Positions 63,498 through 64,000 of a stretch of 64,000 nucleotides of DNA are shown piece after piece. Position numbers and translations under genes: made by a program. How positions within the stretch are numbered: the stretch's first letter is position 1; each line of letters starts with the position of its first letter. Below the pieces are notes generated by a model, which did no database searches, was not told the origin of the DNA, and was given only the letters and a program-made list of their open reading frames with translations. The stretch lies in assembly GCA_051294905.1 (NCBI GenBank), contig CM119381.1:19034001-19098000 (forward strand). The letters run 5' to 3'. Source of the stretch: Botryllus schlosseri. Taxonomy: Eukaryota.

Positions 63498-64000
63498 GTA
63501 ACGTATTAGTTACCTAATTGTTTCGTAGGCGACCTACGATTTTGACGTCAGAATGATGAACTAACTTAGAAGCTCCCATGCTTAAAAGTTCAAACTAACA
63601 CCGGTGCATTTCCAGCATTCAGACTTGTACAAATATAGACCCTAACTAATGCTACCGGAACAGACACATATCAAACTCACTGTAAATTTTCTCATATCTC
63701 CAATCTGAATCATAGTTGAAATCCCGATAAGTCGTCCGGCGGAATGCCATCAAACTACATACCAACCTATAGCTGAGGTGTATCGATCGATATCCACCGC
63801 CAAATTTTCCAGAACAGTTGAAACTTCGATCTCTTCCAAGACTAAATTTAAACGGGCTGTACAGAATGAATACTTACATACTGGTGAATAGATTTGCTGT
63901 ATGTACCCCGATACACGCATACACGTTCGGCATACCGATGTTCTACACGACTGCCTGGCATTCACACGGGATAATTTCGAATGCGCGTTTACTCAGTCAA

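Overview
Eukaryotic, intron-rich animal genomic DNA. The minimal introns peak at about 55-65 nt, introns are AT-rich and MITE-filled, and exons are GC/CpG-rich, which suggests a tunicate (inference only). Genes reconstructed by hand from splice sites and protein motifs: (1) 3' end of a TTC3/DZIP3-like RING-H2 ligase (+, 331-1666); (2) myeloid leukemia factor MLF (-, 7 exons, 3867-6677); (3) an intronless endonuclease IV/APN1 (-, 7111-8196); (4) a 56-exon, ~2,930-aa CUL9/PARC cullin-RBR ligase (+, 13022-51214); (5) the last three exons of MLH3 (-, 52020-53435); (6) the first coding exon of a CHST-type sulfotransferase (+, 63147-63497). Introns and intergenic DNA hold many transposons: Penelope-like retroelements, hAT and MULE/foldback MITEs, an L2/CR1 LINE end and a 7.5-kb CACTA/EnSpm element. 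The most notable signal is a family of Penelope-derived minimal hammerhead ribozymes inside CUL9 introns. One intact sense copy has a candidate pseudoknot and a truncated partner about 260 nt downstream that could act as its in-cis dimer substrate. Other leads: a possible APN1-MLF operon, an NLS-like insertion and a divergent CPH domain in CUL9, a PIP-box-like motif in APN1, and probable antisense overlap of the CUL9 and MLH3 3' ends. No searches were run; all family assignments rest on recalled motif similarity.
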